The notes under the pieces were generated by a model, which was given only the letters and a program-made list of their open reading frames with translations, did not search any database and had not been told where the DNA came from. From contig OZ024757.1 in NCBI GenBank assembly GCA_964016885.1, positions 42,346,001 to 42,410,000 of the forward strand: a stretch of DNA of 64,000 nt. The letters run 5' to 3'. Source of the DNA: Eledone cirrhosa (taxonomy: Eukaryota). Both the position numbers and the translations under genes were made by a program. This document shows, in pieces, positions 1 to 14,854 of the stretch; positions within the stretch are counted from its first letter, which is position 1; each line of letters starts with the position of its first letter.

Positions 1-687
1 CCTTTCTGTCTTATTATACTTCCTTAGCGAAGTATAGACTTCACTGTTCTTATTTGAAGTAGAGATGAGAGAATTTCTAAGTAGATATAACAATATTGTA
101 CATTGATAGATGTGGAAAATGTTCCAACAACTTATAATTCATAAAATTCTATTTGTTTTCTATTAATTAAATAAATGGCAGCAAAATTATCAGAAAATAA
201 TGTTGTTACATGTTTAATGGGTGACATAGTCAATATTTAATTTGATGTTTGTTTGCATTAAAACTGGAATGTGTGTGTGTGATGGCAGTCACTACAGAAT
301 GTTGTACATGATAAAGTTATTTCCCTTACATATCACACAACACTCTTTTAAAGAGAAGTTAAAATATAAAGATCAAAAACAAAAATAACAACATTTAAAA
401 GAATTATACAGCTAGATGTCAAATACAGCTAGATGTCATTCCTAATACCTTCCACTTTATAGTGTATTTGGTGCATATTATTATGATTCCAATACTAGAG
501 AGGTTGTTATGCCATTGACAAGACTAAACAACCCTCTCCAGCCAACATTGTCTCTATTCCACATCACAAACTAACTCTTGTACTTTATTTTATACATGTA
601 CTTATGATAGTATAGAAATTTATTTCTATAAGTTAAAAAATGCAGCTTAACCCTTAAAGAAGAAAAATAAAGTGATGTGCTACTCAC

Positions 688-810
688 AAATGGTTGTCTC
701 CCTGGGGCAGGTGACGTGTCATATAGTTGTGTTGTTAAATCTTCCTGTGGCTCTCTCTCTAATGTTTGTAGCATTCGAAACATATCGAGAGTTAATTCAC
801 TAAATTTCAC
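688..810 (-). CDS. SCAI: SCAI coding exon (VKFSELTLDMFRMLQTLEREPQEDLTTQLYDTSPAPGRQPF)
   Basis: 123 nt, tttcag acceptor and gtgagt donor, phase 0-0; matches the recalled SCAI motif VKFSELTVDMFRMLQALEREP. Confidence 0.95.
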
Positions 811-965
811 CTGAAAATACAAAACAATACAGAATTTGTCACATTTAATTCAATTCAAGTTTATTGTTATTTTTATAGTTATGTGAACATTCTCCTTACA
901 ACATCAACATCAACATCCTCATCCTCATAATAATAATAATCCTCATAATAATAATAATAATAATA

Positions 966-1075
966 ATTGTTTCTACTTTAGGCACAAGGCCAGCAATTAC
1001 CCAGTGCATTACTGGTACTTTATTTTATCGACCCCGTAAGGATGAAAGGCAAAGTCAACCTCGGCGGGATTTGAA
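966..1075 (-). mobile_element. tRNA-derived SINE family A, 3' part
   Basis: Minus strand reads ttcaaatcccgccgaggttgactttgcctttcatccttacggggtcgataaaataaagtaccag...gtagaaacaa(tta)n; related copies near 22880, 23325, 25670, 27730, 31390, 35185, 42160, 42590, 50794, 54505. Confidence 0.85.
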
Positions 1076-1102
1076 TAATAATAACAGAAACAATGTACTT
1101 AC

Positions 1103-1255
1103 TTGTTCGTTACAATTTCCTACAATTAGAATCTCTTGGAGCGTTAAATATACTGGGGTACCTTTATCGAGAGGAGGGGTGTTGAGAGGGGTCAGACGAT
1201 GGGACAAGACAATAGAAGAAGAGTCAACATCCACGACACTTATTATATTATCAGC
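1103..1255 (-). CDS. SCAI: SCAI coding exon (ADNIISVVDVDSSSIVLSHRL...LQEILIVGNCNEQ)
   Basis: 153 nt, tacag / gtaagt, phase 0-0; corresponds to SCAI ADPVMVL...LADALIIGNCNNQ. Confidence 0.93.
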
Positions 1256-1298
1256 CTGTAAAGAAACACAAGAAAACCAATAAGTACTCAATAGGGGC

Positions 1299-1512
1299 TT
1301 AACCCTTTAGTATTTACATTACTCTATATTTACTATTAGATTTTTACAGTAAAGGCTTTACCTTACATAATATCGAAACTATGGGATTTTGATATTATTT
1401 ATTTTGAGAAAAATATTATAACATAAGCATGAGCAGCCAGTTATGGCGAGTTTGAACAGAAGGTGGTGAGAGAATTCTGGCTGGATATGACTGGTTTGAA
1501 CAGAAAGGGGTT
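1299..1512 (+). mobile_element. piggyBac-type MITE family P1, copy with damaged right end
   Basis: Starts TTAACCCT; same internal sequence as the complete copy at 48019-48236. Confidence 0.7.
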
Positions 1513-1722
1513 GGCCATTGATACGAAAGGGGGTGTGTTGCTGCTGCTCTTATTTGTGCTTCACCTCTTGCTGTGGGTTCATCTGGGATCTTGGTCAGTA
1601 GAATGTAGAGATGTCTCTTGAAAACATCTACATGCACACCATGTAGATCTCTCAGATTTTTTTGGCAGCTTATTAAAAAGCTAGGGTCCATTAAACCCCA
1701 GACTATTGCAGTATGTGGTCTT

Positions 1723-1723
<1 letters not shown>
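1513..1723 (-). mobile_element. CR1/L2-group LINE ORF2 C-terminal fragment
   Basis: Frameshifted GPSFL/KNLRDLHGVHVDVFKRHLYILLTKIPDEP...RAAA resembles the C-terminus of CR1-group reverse transcriptases. Confidence 0.6.
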
Positions 1724-1785
<62 letters not shown>

Positions 1786-1862
1786 TTGACAATATGATTT
1801 GGTAAATAAAATTTAGTAAGATTGAATGAAAAATTTTTTTTTTTAAATACTAAAGTTTTTAC

Positions 1863-1961
1863 CTCAATAAAGGATTTGATTTCCCCTAAAACTAGATTCC
1901 ATTCCATCTGATCATCTGGTTCATAAGTGGTGGTATAGTCATCTATTTGTTTGGCTAATTC
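1863..1961 (-). CDS. SCAI: SCAI coding exon (ELAKQIDDYTTTYEPDDQMEWNLVLGEIKSFIE)
   Basis: 99 nt, tttcag / gtaaaa; corresponds to SCAI ELSDEIEDY...DQVEWNLVLQEVAAFIE. Confidence 0.94.
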
Positions 1962-2339
1962 CTGAAATGAAACAACAGACAATAAATATTGGACTCATTG
2001 TTTTTACTCTTCTTCAAATTTCACCCAATTTAGGGACACCAGATTCTATCATTTTTTTTTTTTACATAAAGGTATTAAATTAAAAAATTCTAACCATCCT
2101 AAAACTAAAAAGCCTAAATAAATTGCTACGGTAGTATCTGCTGATACTACCAATCCACCGGCCCCCAAAAAATCAGTAAATAATATTTCATATTAAGGTA
2201 GAGCTGGGCAAGGTGAATGGGTGAAAGGTTCATAAATAAAACATAACACCAAGTCATACTTGATTATGAGTGACTGGTAGTGGGGGGGAGGAGGTTAAGG
2301 AAGGGAGGAGTATCATAGCAATATAACATTTCTACTTAC

Positions 2340-2436
2340 CCTCACTAGGTCTCGTACCAATTTCATCTTCTTCAATAATAAACACACCACAATAAACCGT
2401 GCATAGTATCGGAGTTTCTTCACCATTAAATCTGGC
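2340..2436 (-). CDS. SCAI: SCAI coding exon (RPDLMVKKLRYYARFIVVCLLLKKMKLVRDLVR)
   Basis: 97 nt, tttgtttag / gtaagt, phase 2-0; near-identical to SCAI RPELVVKKLRYYARFIVVCLLL. Confidence 0.96.
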
Positions 2437-2529
2437 CTAAACAAAAGACACGAGATCTTCCATTAAGAAAACATTCTTTTTTTTATGTAAACTTATAAGC
2501 TATTGTGCAATGAAATTAACACAGATGCA

Positions 2530-3881
2530 TATGCTGACGGCCGTATGTAAGTAACAAACATTCCACCAAATGGCTGGACCAAACAGCACCAAATTTGCAC
2601 CATAGATGTAACTTTTTCCAAGTAAAAAAGTGAGGGTATTTTTGTCTACTGAATTTTGTTAAAAGATTAAAGACATTATTTAAATATTCACTTCTTTAAA
2701 ATTTCAAATGTCAACATTTCCGGTTATACGTCATTCCACCCTTTTTCTTATGACGTTGCACAACATTCCCCTCTTTTCCTTAGTCTATAACATAGCGCCC
2801 TTATAATATGTCTCTGTATGTCTGACTGTCTGCATTAGATAACGTTTTTCGAAATATTTACTTCTGCGTTCACAGACGGATTTTTTTAGTTTCAGAAGAT
2901 TCCGTTAAGGGTGAAAGCAGTGATTCTTTGCTTAAACTTTAATCTGTTATTTTAATATATATATTCGTGTACAGATATTTTTGCATACACAAAATCAAAA
3001 ACCTATTTATTTCACGAAAGCACAGACGGCTTATCGTCATTGTTACTGTTCGAGGTTAGAGGACCACAGTCTTTCCAAGATCTGAGAACCATCAATGGCC
3101 ATCAATGTTCCACTTACCGTTTGGCTTACTAGATGCATTGTATGTTACACGATGACAGCCATTGGCACCTCACCCTGCAAGAAGCAGCAACTGCTAAAGT
3201 CCCTTCTCAGCTGCGAAAACTTTTTGCTATTATGCTGCCCAACTGCAATCTCGCCGACCCTCTCGCAATGTGGAACAACCACTGTGAAAGTCTAGCTGAG
3301 GACATCCTCTACCGCACACGCAGACACAATCCGATCATAACATATGATGTCGTTTTCAATGAGGCGCTCATTTGTCTTGAAAACAGTGTCCTGGGGATTG
3401 GTGGTAGGCCTCTAAGTCACTACAGCTTACCTACTCCTGACAGGAGTGTCCAGAGGTCAACGCCTACAGAGCTTCTCCGCGAGACGAGCTACGAAATCAG
3501 TGATTCTCCCATGGTCAATTGTATGTAGGATGCTTTAGGGTGAGCTCGCCAAACAATCTCTTCATCTTTGTTCCGGAGGGCCGAACAAAAAATATTGTAT
3601 ACTCTGAGGCTCTAACAATGTAATTTAAATATTTTCTGTTACTTTGAATTTCCATTATGGTTGTACAAATTATTGTTTGTTAAAAAATGTGTTCTCTGTT
3701 CAGCCTTTATTGTTGTAACTATCAATTTTCTTTAACGTACTGGCTGCTGAAGGAATCCTAAAAACTATTCAAACCCCCCACATCAGAGCACGCTAACAGC
3801 CCCCCCCCCCCCCACGGTGACTTGAGAGGGCGTTCCTGAAAAGATAAAATGCCGGTATACCTAGCCGGGCGGGCCAGCTAG
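2530..3881 (+). mobile_element. internally deleted Helitron
   Basis: RepHel linker (VRGPQSFQDLRTING...DDSHWHLTLQEAA...PSQLRKLFAIML) fused to the Pif1 helicase C-terminus (FSHGQLYVGC...TKNIVYSEAL); ends with a CCGG..CCGG hairpin and CTAG|T at 3878-3882. Confidence 0.85.
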
Positions 3882-4086
3882 TATATATATATAAATAAAT
3901 ACATATATAATGTGTATATATATATTGCTATCAGGGAACAAAAGACATTAGATGATGGTGATATATATATATGCAGACATATACATTGCAAATATAGATA
4001 TATGTACATTACAATCCTAGACATGCTTCTATGTACACTTTCATACATCTCAAACACATATATACAAATATATAAGCACACACACA

Positions 4087-4122
<36 letters not shown>

Positions 4123-4245
4123 CACATATATATGTATACATACACACACATACATATATATATATATATACACATATACACATATATACATATACACATA
4201 TACACACACATATATATATATATATACACATATATACATATACAC

Positions 4246-4334
<89 letters not shown>

Positions 4335-5095
4335 TATATACATATACCTCATTGCTATTCTATGACAGCTAACCATTTAATTCTTTCTAAAAAAAAAACA
4401 CTTAAGAAAAACTAAACTAAACGATACTAAAAAACCACTACAGATATGAAGAAACATTGTATCGTTTCTCTTACAACAAGAATTTAACCAGCTGCATCCA
4501 GTTATCATTGAATCTAATTATTAATCAATAAAATTTATCAACCAATAATTAGCTATTATAATTTCACTGACAATTCTCCCTCCTATCAATGAGGTGATAT
4601 TGTTAAACTAATACCTCAGAACAACAACAACAACAACAACAACAACATCTCAATAATGTATTGTTAAATTAATACCTCACAACAACATTAACAACATCTC
4701 TCAATAATAACTTCTAAAATAAGTTGAATAATGTTATAACGATGTGTTTCACACTGAAAGTTTAATATAATGTTTTAACATTATCAGCAATAACAAGCTT
4801 TAAATAATGTTGTTAATTAATTATTGATATAACAACTCGATATTTATGGTTGTTGTGTGTTGTTGTTGACTTCTTTTTGGTTCGTTTCTTGTTGTTGTTT
4901 CTTTTAGAGGGAGAGAGGTAGGGTTGGAAAGAATTGATTGGAAAATGTTTCGTTTAAAAAAATAAAATGGATGGTCATTGATTTTGTAATAAAAAAACTG
5001 TGAGAGAATCTTAAATAGATTATATAATAATATAATAATAATGTTCATCTGTAATAGACTGAATGGATAAGTTGCTGTCTTCTCCATCTGTCTCA

Positions 5096-5149
<54 letters not shown>

Positions 5150-5181
5150 ATGTCCAGCTCCTGGTTGTGTTGTTATTCCTC

Positions 5182-5227
<46 letters not shown>

Positions 5228-5442
5228 CATTTTCGTTTTTTTTATTTTTCTGTATCTATCCTTTGTGATCCTGTCTCTATATTTGTACTCCCGAAGAAGG
5301 GCTAAATCTTGACATGTCAAACTTTCTTTCCCCTTTTCAATATAAAGTGTGAATAAGACTTCTTGCACCTCTGTTGTTTCCTTGAACTATGTCTATCTAT
5401 CTATCTCTCTCTAGAAATATATATACACATATATAGATGCAT

Positions 5443-5533
<91 letters not shown>

Positions 5534-5632
5534 TATATTAATATATGTATATATATATATATATATGTATATTTATATATACATACATATATATACATAT
5601 ATATGTATATATATATATGTATATTTATATAT

Positions 5633-5715
<83 letters not shown>

Positions 5716-5739
5716 CGTATATATATATATATACATATA

Positions 5740-5796
<57 letters not shown>

Positions 5797-5798
<2 letters not shown>

Positions 5799-6529
5799 TC
5801 ATCATCATCATCATCATCATTTTACGTCCGCTTTTCCCTGCTTGCAAGGGTGGGATGGGTCTTATTCAGCACAGCATCTCTCCACTCGTCACGGTCCCTC
5901 GTCATCTCCACCGTGAGCTTCAATGATCTGAGGTCTGTTCTCACCACCTCCGCCCATGTTTTTCGTGGTCTACCTCTACCACGTCTTCCTTCAACTGGCA
6001 ATTCTTCACCCATCGGTCATCCTCCATCACATGTCCATACCACCTCAGTCTCCTCTCCCGTACACTACATTCTATCCCTCTCAGACACAGTTTCTCTCTC
6101 AACACATTTATGCTGGGTCGGTCACGCACATTTACACTGCACATCCAACGGAGCATGCTTGCCTCATTTCTCTCCAGTCGTCGCATATCCTCTGCAGTTG
6201 CTGCCCATGTCTCTTTTCTACTCATCAACACTTTTGTCTTAGCTAGATTCACTCTCAGTCCTCTTGCTTCCAACTGCTGTTTCCATAGCCAGAATTTATT
6301 CTCTAGCTCCTCTACTGATTCTGCTATAAGAACCAGATCGTCAGCATAGAGAAGTTCCTATGGACAGCCAGTCTTAAACTCCTCTGTTATGGCTTGGAGG
6401 ACTATAATGAACAAGAGCGGGCTGAGGACCGAACCCTGATGTACTCCTACTTGTATCTGGAATTCCTCACTAAACTCCATTCCTACCCTGACTTTACTGA
6501 GAGTACCTCTGTACAAAGTTTGCACTGTC
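5797..6529 (-). mobile_element. 5'-truncated, internally deleted RTE LINE (family R2)
   Basis: [49 protein letters not shown]; (GAT)n tail. Confidence 0.9.
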
Positions 6530-6560
<31 letters not shown>

Positions 6561-6625
6561 GTGAGGTTTTTTTTACAAATTGAAAAATAACTGAGGTGTC
6601 CTACACGAGTGAAAGTATAAAGAAA

Positions 6626-6835
6626 CAGAGATGAAATCGAAAATGCAACTGGAGTCTTATTTTTAAAAAAAATATATATATTTATTTGGTTCCTTTACCG
6701 GTTTCGCAGTTCTTCTGCTTTTCAAAAGGTGAGTTGAGATGGAGGGTCTGTGGTTTTTCTCACATAAGGAACCAAATAAATATATATATTTAAAAAAAAA
6801 ATAAGACTCCAGTTGCATTTTCGATTTCATCTCTT
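6626..6835. mobile_element. Penelope-like inverted pLTR remnant (fold-back) with variant hammerhead
   Basis: ~70 bp inverted arms 6626-6695 / 6766-6835 embedded in (TA)n; single-arm copy at 53665-53790. Confidence 0.65.
6692..6729 (-). ncRNA. minimal type I hammerhead ribozyme motif, U3-A8 variant
   Basis: CCTT TTGAAAA GCAG-AAGAA-CTGC GAAAC-CG-GTA AAGG: stems I, II and III all pair; second copy 53726-53762. Confidence 0.65.
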
Positions 6836-6840
6836 TTTCT

Positions 6841-6875
<35 letters not shown>

Positions 6876-7959
6876 TATATATATATGTATACATATAATA
6901 TATATATACATATACATATAATATATATATACATATATACATACATATACACACAAACATACATATACATAAGAAACATTGATGATAAGCTGGTATATAT
7001 ATATACACAACAGAGAGGCTATATATTCATGTCCAATACTGGATTAGAATCAAAGCATGACAAAATCTTTTACAACATTTAAACAATTCATTTTACTTGA
7101 ATAACATTTATTTTTCACTCAATTTATGACATTTATAACATGAAGAATATTTTAACATCATTTTAGAATTTTTCCACTAAGAAAATTTTAACATTCTTGA
7201 TAGTGAAAACAAATTTTAGAGTCAAAGCAAGCGTTTGTTTTGAAGACAGTGAACGAAGTTTGAAATTTAGTAGAAATAGAAGCTTGGCTGTATTTTGACT
7301 AAAGAAATTAGCCTGATAGTGGGGACTAAACCCTCTGAAAATGGAAAAGGATAAATATTGACCATCCTTTTCCATTTTTAGAGGGTTTTAAACCCCTCTA
7401 TTAAGTTAATTTCTTTAGTTAAATTACGATGAATGCTTCTATTTCTACTAAATTTTTAATTTTGGTGCTTTTTCGCTTCTGATATCTACAAAATATCTAG
7501 CCTTCCTTTCTTAAATTCAATATCAAATTTAGTCAACATTGAAAATATATTATAAACTGGTGAATAAATATTCAAACAAAGGTAGAATTTTGTGAATTAA
7601 TATAATTATTATTTGGTAAATCTATGAAACAGGAAACATCTTCAAAGAAAGTCTCTTCTAAAAACAAAATTTCCTAGAAAAATAAATTTCTATATACAAA
7701 GACGATGACAAAAACCCTGTGTACATATAGAGTATGTATAGAATATATATAGAGTATGTATAGAATATATATATAGAGTATGTATAGAGTATGTATAGAA
7801 AATATATAGAGCATGTATAGAATATATATAGAGTATGTATAGAAAATAGAGAGAAAGAGTATATATAATGTATATATAATGTATATATAGATGTATACTT
7901 CAAACTATCTAATGGTCTAGGTATGGTTTCTGCAGCTATATGCTCTTCCCAATGTCAAC

Positions 7960-8438
7960 TATTTTACAGAGTGTACTGGGTGCATTTTATCTTAGTGCTA
8001 CCACTTTACAGAGTATATTGGGTGCATTTTATCATGACACCAGCATAACCTCTTTACAGAGTGTACTGGATGTGGTTTTTCATAGTAATAGCATTACTAC
8101 TTTACAGAGTGTACTGGATGTATTTTATCATGGGACCAACGCTATCAGTTTACAGAGTGTACTGGGTGTATTTTATCAAGGAACCAACACTACCAGTTTA
8201 CAGAGTGTACTGGGTGTATTTTATCATGGCACCAACACTACCAGTTTACAGAGTGTATTGGGTGTATTTTATCATGGCACCAACAAGACAAGTTCCAGAG
8301 CATATTGGATGCATTTATCATGACATCAGCACTACCACTTTACAGAATGTACTGGGTGTAGTTTTTCATGGCACCAGCACTACAACTTTACAAAGTGTAT
8401 TGGGTGCCTTTTAACCATGACACCAGCACTACCACTAT
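7960..8438. repeat. 48-bp minisatellite (~10 copies) derived from a retroelement 3' UTR segment
   Basis: Unit ttacagagtgtactgggtgtattttatcatggcaccaacactaccagt is the reverse complement of dispersed ggtaccatgatagaatgcacccagtacactctgtaa (e.g. 42800). Confidence 0.85.
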
Positions 8439-8812
8439 CTCAACACATAATGTTACATCGTTAACTGAAGAACTAATAAACTAGACAAGGGTTAATCCAA
8501 TGTTCATTTAATAGAAAAAATATGAGAAAATGAGCAAAAGTGAAGATTGTTTTCCTGTTAGAAGACAGAAATTATTTCATATTAAATGGAATGGTTAACA
8601 AAGGAGAAAGACATTTCTAATAAAGAAAGAATGTAACCGAAAAGAAAACTTAAGACATAGTAGTGTGTGTATGTGTGTATATACACATGCATATATAGGA
8701 GTGCATGTATATGTATGTAACAGTGTTTATGTATGAGTGTGTGTGCATCTATGTATGTACATGTGTGTATGTGAGTCTCTCTATATAAATGTGTATATAT
8801 ATATATATATGT

Positions 8813-8900
<88 letters not shown>

Positions 8901-9019
8901 ACACACATATATACACAGAGAAACACATACCTATACACAATATATCATCAGTATTTTAAGTTCATTGTTATGGGCTAATTTGTTGTATGAAGTGATGTGA
9001 AGTTAAGTGTTATTTGTTG

Positions 9020-9432
9020 TGATGTCAGGTACCTATACAGAGATGATGGTATGGTATGTCAGGGGTTTATATAGAGATGATGGTACGGTATGTTAGTGTA
9101 GTATATAGAGATGATGGTACGGTATGTCAGGGGTATATATAAAGATGATGGTACGGTATGTTAGTGTAGTATATAGAGATGATGTTATGGTATGTTAGTG
9201 GAATATATAGAGATGATGGTATGGTATGTTAGTGGAATATATAGAGATGATGGTATGGTATGTTAGTGGAATATATAGAGATGATGGCATGGTATGTCAG
9301 GGGTTTATATAGGGACGATGGTATGGTATGTTAGTGTAGTATATAGAGATGATGTTATGGTATGTTAGTGGAATATATAGAGATGGTGATATGGTATCTC
9401 AGGGGTCTATATAGAGATGGTGGTATGGTATA
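9020..9432. repeat. 34-bp minisatellite (~12 copies)
   Basis: Unit atatagagatgatggtatggtatgttagtggaat. Confidence 0.9.
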
Positions 9433-9659
9433 CAATGAGATAGTTGGAATGAAATAAAAAACAAGTAGAAAGACTGAAAACTGTGATGCTAACATACTGA
9501 GCTAGTTCACTACTGACTGATTCTGTGATAATATACATTTTACATTGATGAAGATATTTCTTCACTGATTGGAGCTATTTGGGCCATGGTGGAGCTGTTG
9601 CTAGACTACCTATTGTTATATATATATACACACACACATATATATATATATATATACAC

Positions 9660-9727
<68 letters not shown>

Positions 9728-9899
9728 TATACATATATATATATACACATATATATATGTGTGTGTATATATATATACATATATATATTATAACGAAGGA
9801 AATGTGGTAAGGAACCAGGTGGACCATAACGCACCAAAGTACTCAATACTTAAGGTAGTAGAGTGGGTAATAGGAACAAGTAAGACCCTTACTTGTTCC

Positions 9900-9976
<77 letters not shown>

Positions 9977-10084
9977 ACAATAGCCAGATGCCATAGGCTG
10001 TTATTACATAATATAATGAAGTAATGAAACGTGTGAAAATTATATATTAATAAACAAAATAATAAACATCTACATCATAACCCT

Positions 10085-10120
<36 letters not shown>

Positions 10121-10249
10121 GACCTAATAGGTAAACTAACAATCAACAATGACAATAGATATTAAAAGAACTCAATACAGTTATATTTTCATGTAGAGTA
10201 TGTTTCAATGTAAATGGTTTATTCAATCTGTTGTAGGAAGAATCCTGCA

Positions 10250-12245
<1,996 letters not shown>

Positions 12246-12247
12246 CA

Positions 12248-12346
12248 CAGGGTGTCCTCCCCTAAAATATATAGACACTTCCACAGCATTCTATTAAATA
12301 TTGCCTGTACAAGTAATCAAAGTGTGTATATCTTGAGGACACCCTA
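12248..12346. mobile_element. short Tc1/mariner-type MITE
   Basis: TIRs CAGGGTGTCC...GGACACCCT in TA context; related to 50669-51128. Confidence 0.65.
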
Positions 12347-12864
12347 TATATATATATATATATAGGTGATATCATGACATGAAGGAGTGCAAGTGAGGTG
12401 TAAGGATACAAGATGTATATATACACACACACAATTGTATGTATGTATGTATATATGTATGTATATAAGTGTATTTCCATATATATATATATATATATAT
12501 ATAGATGCATTATATATTTTATATATATATATACATATATATCCACATATGTACCTATACATATTTCTATATACATACATACCTACAAAAGACAAAAATA
12601 AGAGCAAAGTTTAAATACTGTAATATGAAATTTGACAAAACAAAATGTAAAAGAAAAACACAGGAGAAGTTATTCAAGGGGAGGTTATTGATACATCAAA
12701 AAGGAAACAGGTGTTCTTACTTGCAATTTTTATATCTACATATGTATGTATATGTATGTATATATGTGTATACATACATATATATACATATATATATATA
12801 TATATATCATCATCATCATCATTTTACGTCCGCTTTTCCCTGCTTTCAAGGGTATATGTGTATA

Positions 12865-12957
<93 letters not shown>

Positions 12958-13198
12958 CATATATATATATATATGTATACATATGTATATATATGTATAC
13001 ATATATACATATATATATATATGCATATATATGTGTACATATGTATAAATATGTATACATATATACATATATATATATATGTATATATATATATATCTAT
13101 ATATATATATGTGTATATATATGTATACATATATATGTGTGTATACATATATACATATATACATATATATATATATGTATACATATGTATATATATGT

Positions 13199-13264
<66 letters not shown>

Positions 13265-13669
13265 AGTTCCTCACTGTAAATGTGCTTGGTGTTAGGAAGG
13301 GCATTCAGCTATAAAATCCCTGGCCAAATTTACAGTCAGAGCAAGGTACAGTGTGGTCAATTCTGGCCATACTTGTCTCTCAATGTGGACAACTCGTCTG
13401 ACCCATGCAAGCCACGAAAAATGGACGTTAAACGGTGCTGATGTAAATGACTTCAATTTTTTTCCTATTAAATAATTTCATTATTTAATATCAGAAAATA
13501 TTACGTTGTGTTATTATTTTTATAAAACTACGAAACAAAGTTTCCATTTTTGCTAACATTTCCACATTTCCATTGGGACATTAATAACACCTCCTTGATA
13601 GACATGTTGTAAGACTGATGACATGGGGGTAGGAGGAATAGGAGTAGGAGGTGAAGAGGGAGAAAGAAG

Positions 13670-13766
13670 AGAAAGAAGAAGAAGAAGACGAAGAAGACGA
13701 AGAAGACGAAGAAGACGAAGAAGACGAAGAAGACGAAGAAGAAGAAGAAGAAGAAGAAGAAGAAGA

Positions 13767-13795
<29 letters not shown>
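13670..13795. repeat. (GAA/GAC)n plus (GACA)n microsatellite
   Basis: Seen directly. Confidence 0.95.
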
Positions 13796-13797
<2 letters not shown>

Positions 13798-13910
13798 ATG
13801 AAAACTTTTGGTGGTGAAAATCACTGTCTGAATCTCACAGCCAATAGATATTTAGTAGTAATAGTAGTAGTACATATATATAATACATATATAACACATA
13901 CACACACACC

Positions 13911-13984
<74 letters not shown>

Positions 13985-14119
13985 TGTGGGTATGTATCTG
14001 TTTGGTTTGCAACAGAATTATATATAATGTCTCAGGAGTGTTAGAAACATTTGAAGAAGACAACATGGACATTAGTAGGAAATGGTTTAGATGGAACCAC
14101 ATTGTCAAATATCCATATA

Positions 14120-14211
<92 letters not shown>

Positions 14212-14423
14212 GGAAACATTTGGGTTTGGAGATCTTCGAAATAGAGAACCTACTATACACACACTGATGGATTTACCATTGTGCTTAGCACAGGGCCTCA
14301 TTGGTCCTAAATCTGGCACTGTATACATACACACATGTATACAAATACATAAACACATGCACACATACTCAAGCATACACACAAACAAACACACAGAGAC
14401 TAATACACACACAAACACATAGA

Positions 14424-14455
<32 letters not shown>

Positions 14456-14639
14456 TTCATCAGCCCCTAATTTACACATACTTTAAGCACTATTACCATA
14501 TACACCCAGACACACATAGAGAATCACCATCCTGTATATACCCACAAAGAAGTATGTATACGTATACATACATATGTAAAAAGTAAACAGAAATAACAAA
14601 GCAAACAACGCAATACAATGAAGAAATATATATATACAT

Positions 14640-14836
14640 AGATCCCAAGTAAAATTGGGGGTAACCACAGTTGAAATAGGTACTCAATACATTAGTAGAG
14701 TGTAAGATTCATTATTTAATACAGAAATGGCTTCTACAGGACTAGAACTGTTTCATTCATATGAAATTATACAAGTTCATACAATTTCAAACAACTGAAA
14801 CAGTTCTAGTCCTGTAGAAGCCATTTCTATATTAAA
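14640..14836. mobile_element. Penelope-like pLTR remnant with ~42-bp inverted arms
   Basis: atttaatacagaaatggcttctacaggactagaactgtttca / tgaaacagttctagtcctgtagaagccatttctatattaaat; homologous in reverse to 20540-20670. Confidence 0.55.
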
Positions 14837-14854
14837 TATATATATATACACACA

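Noticed and set aside
12721-12735. Second 15-nt AG..GTAAG segment (open in phase 2)
   Set aside because: The acceptor lies in (TA/CA)n with no pyrimidine tract or UGC context; likely chance, though cheap to test alongside the 11017 microexon.
13557-13615. ~57-nt exon-like segment on the minus strand
   Set aside because: Weak gttagc donor and a stop in the SCAI frame.
14277-14318. 42-nt AG..GT exon-like segment on the minus strand
   Set aside because: Stop codon in the SCAI frame, no pyrimidine tract, and it resembles a dispersed repeat end (compare 42450-42475).
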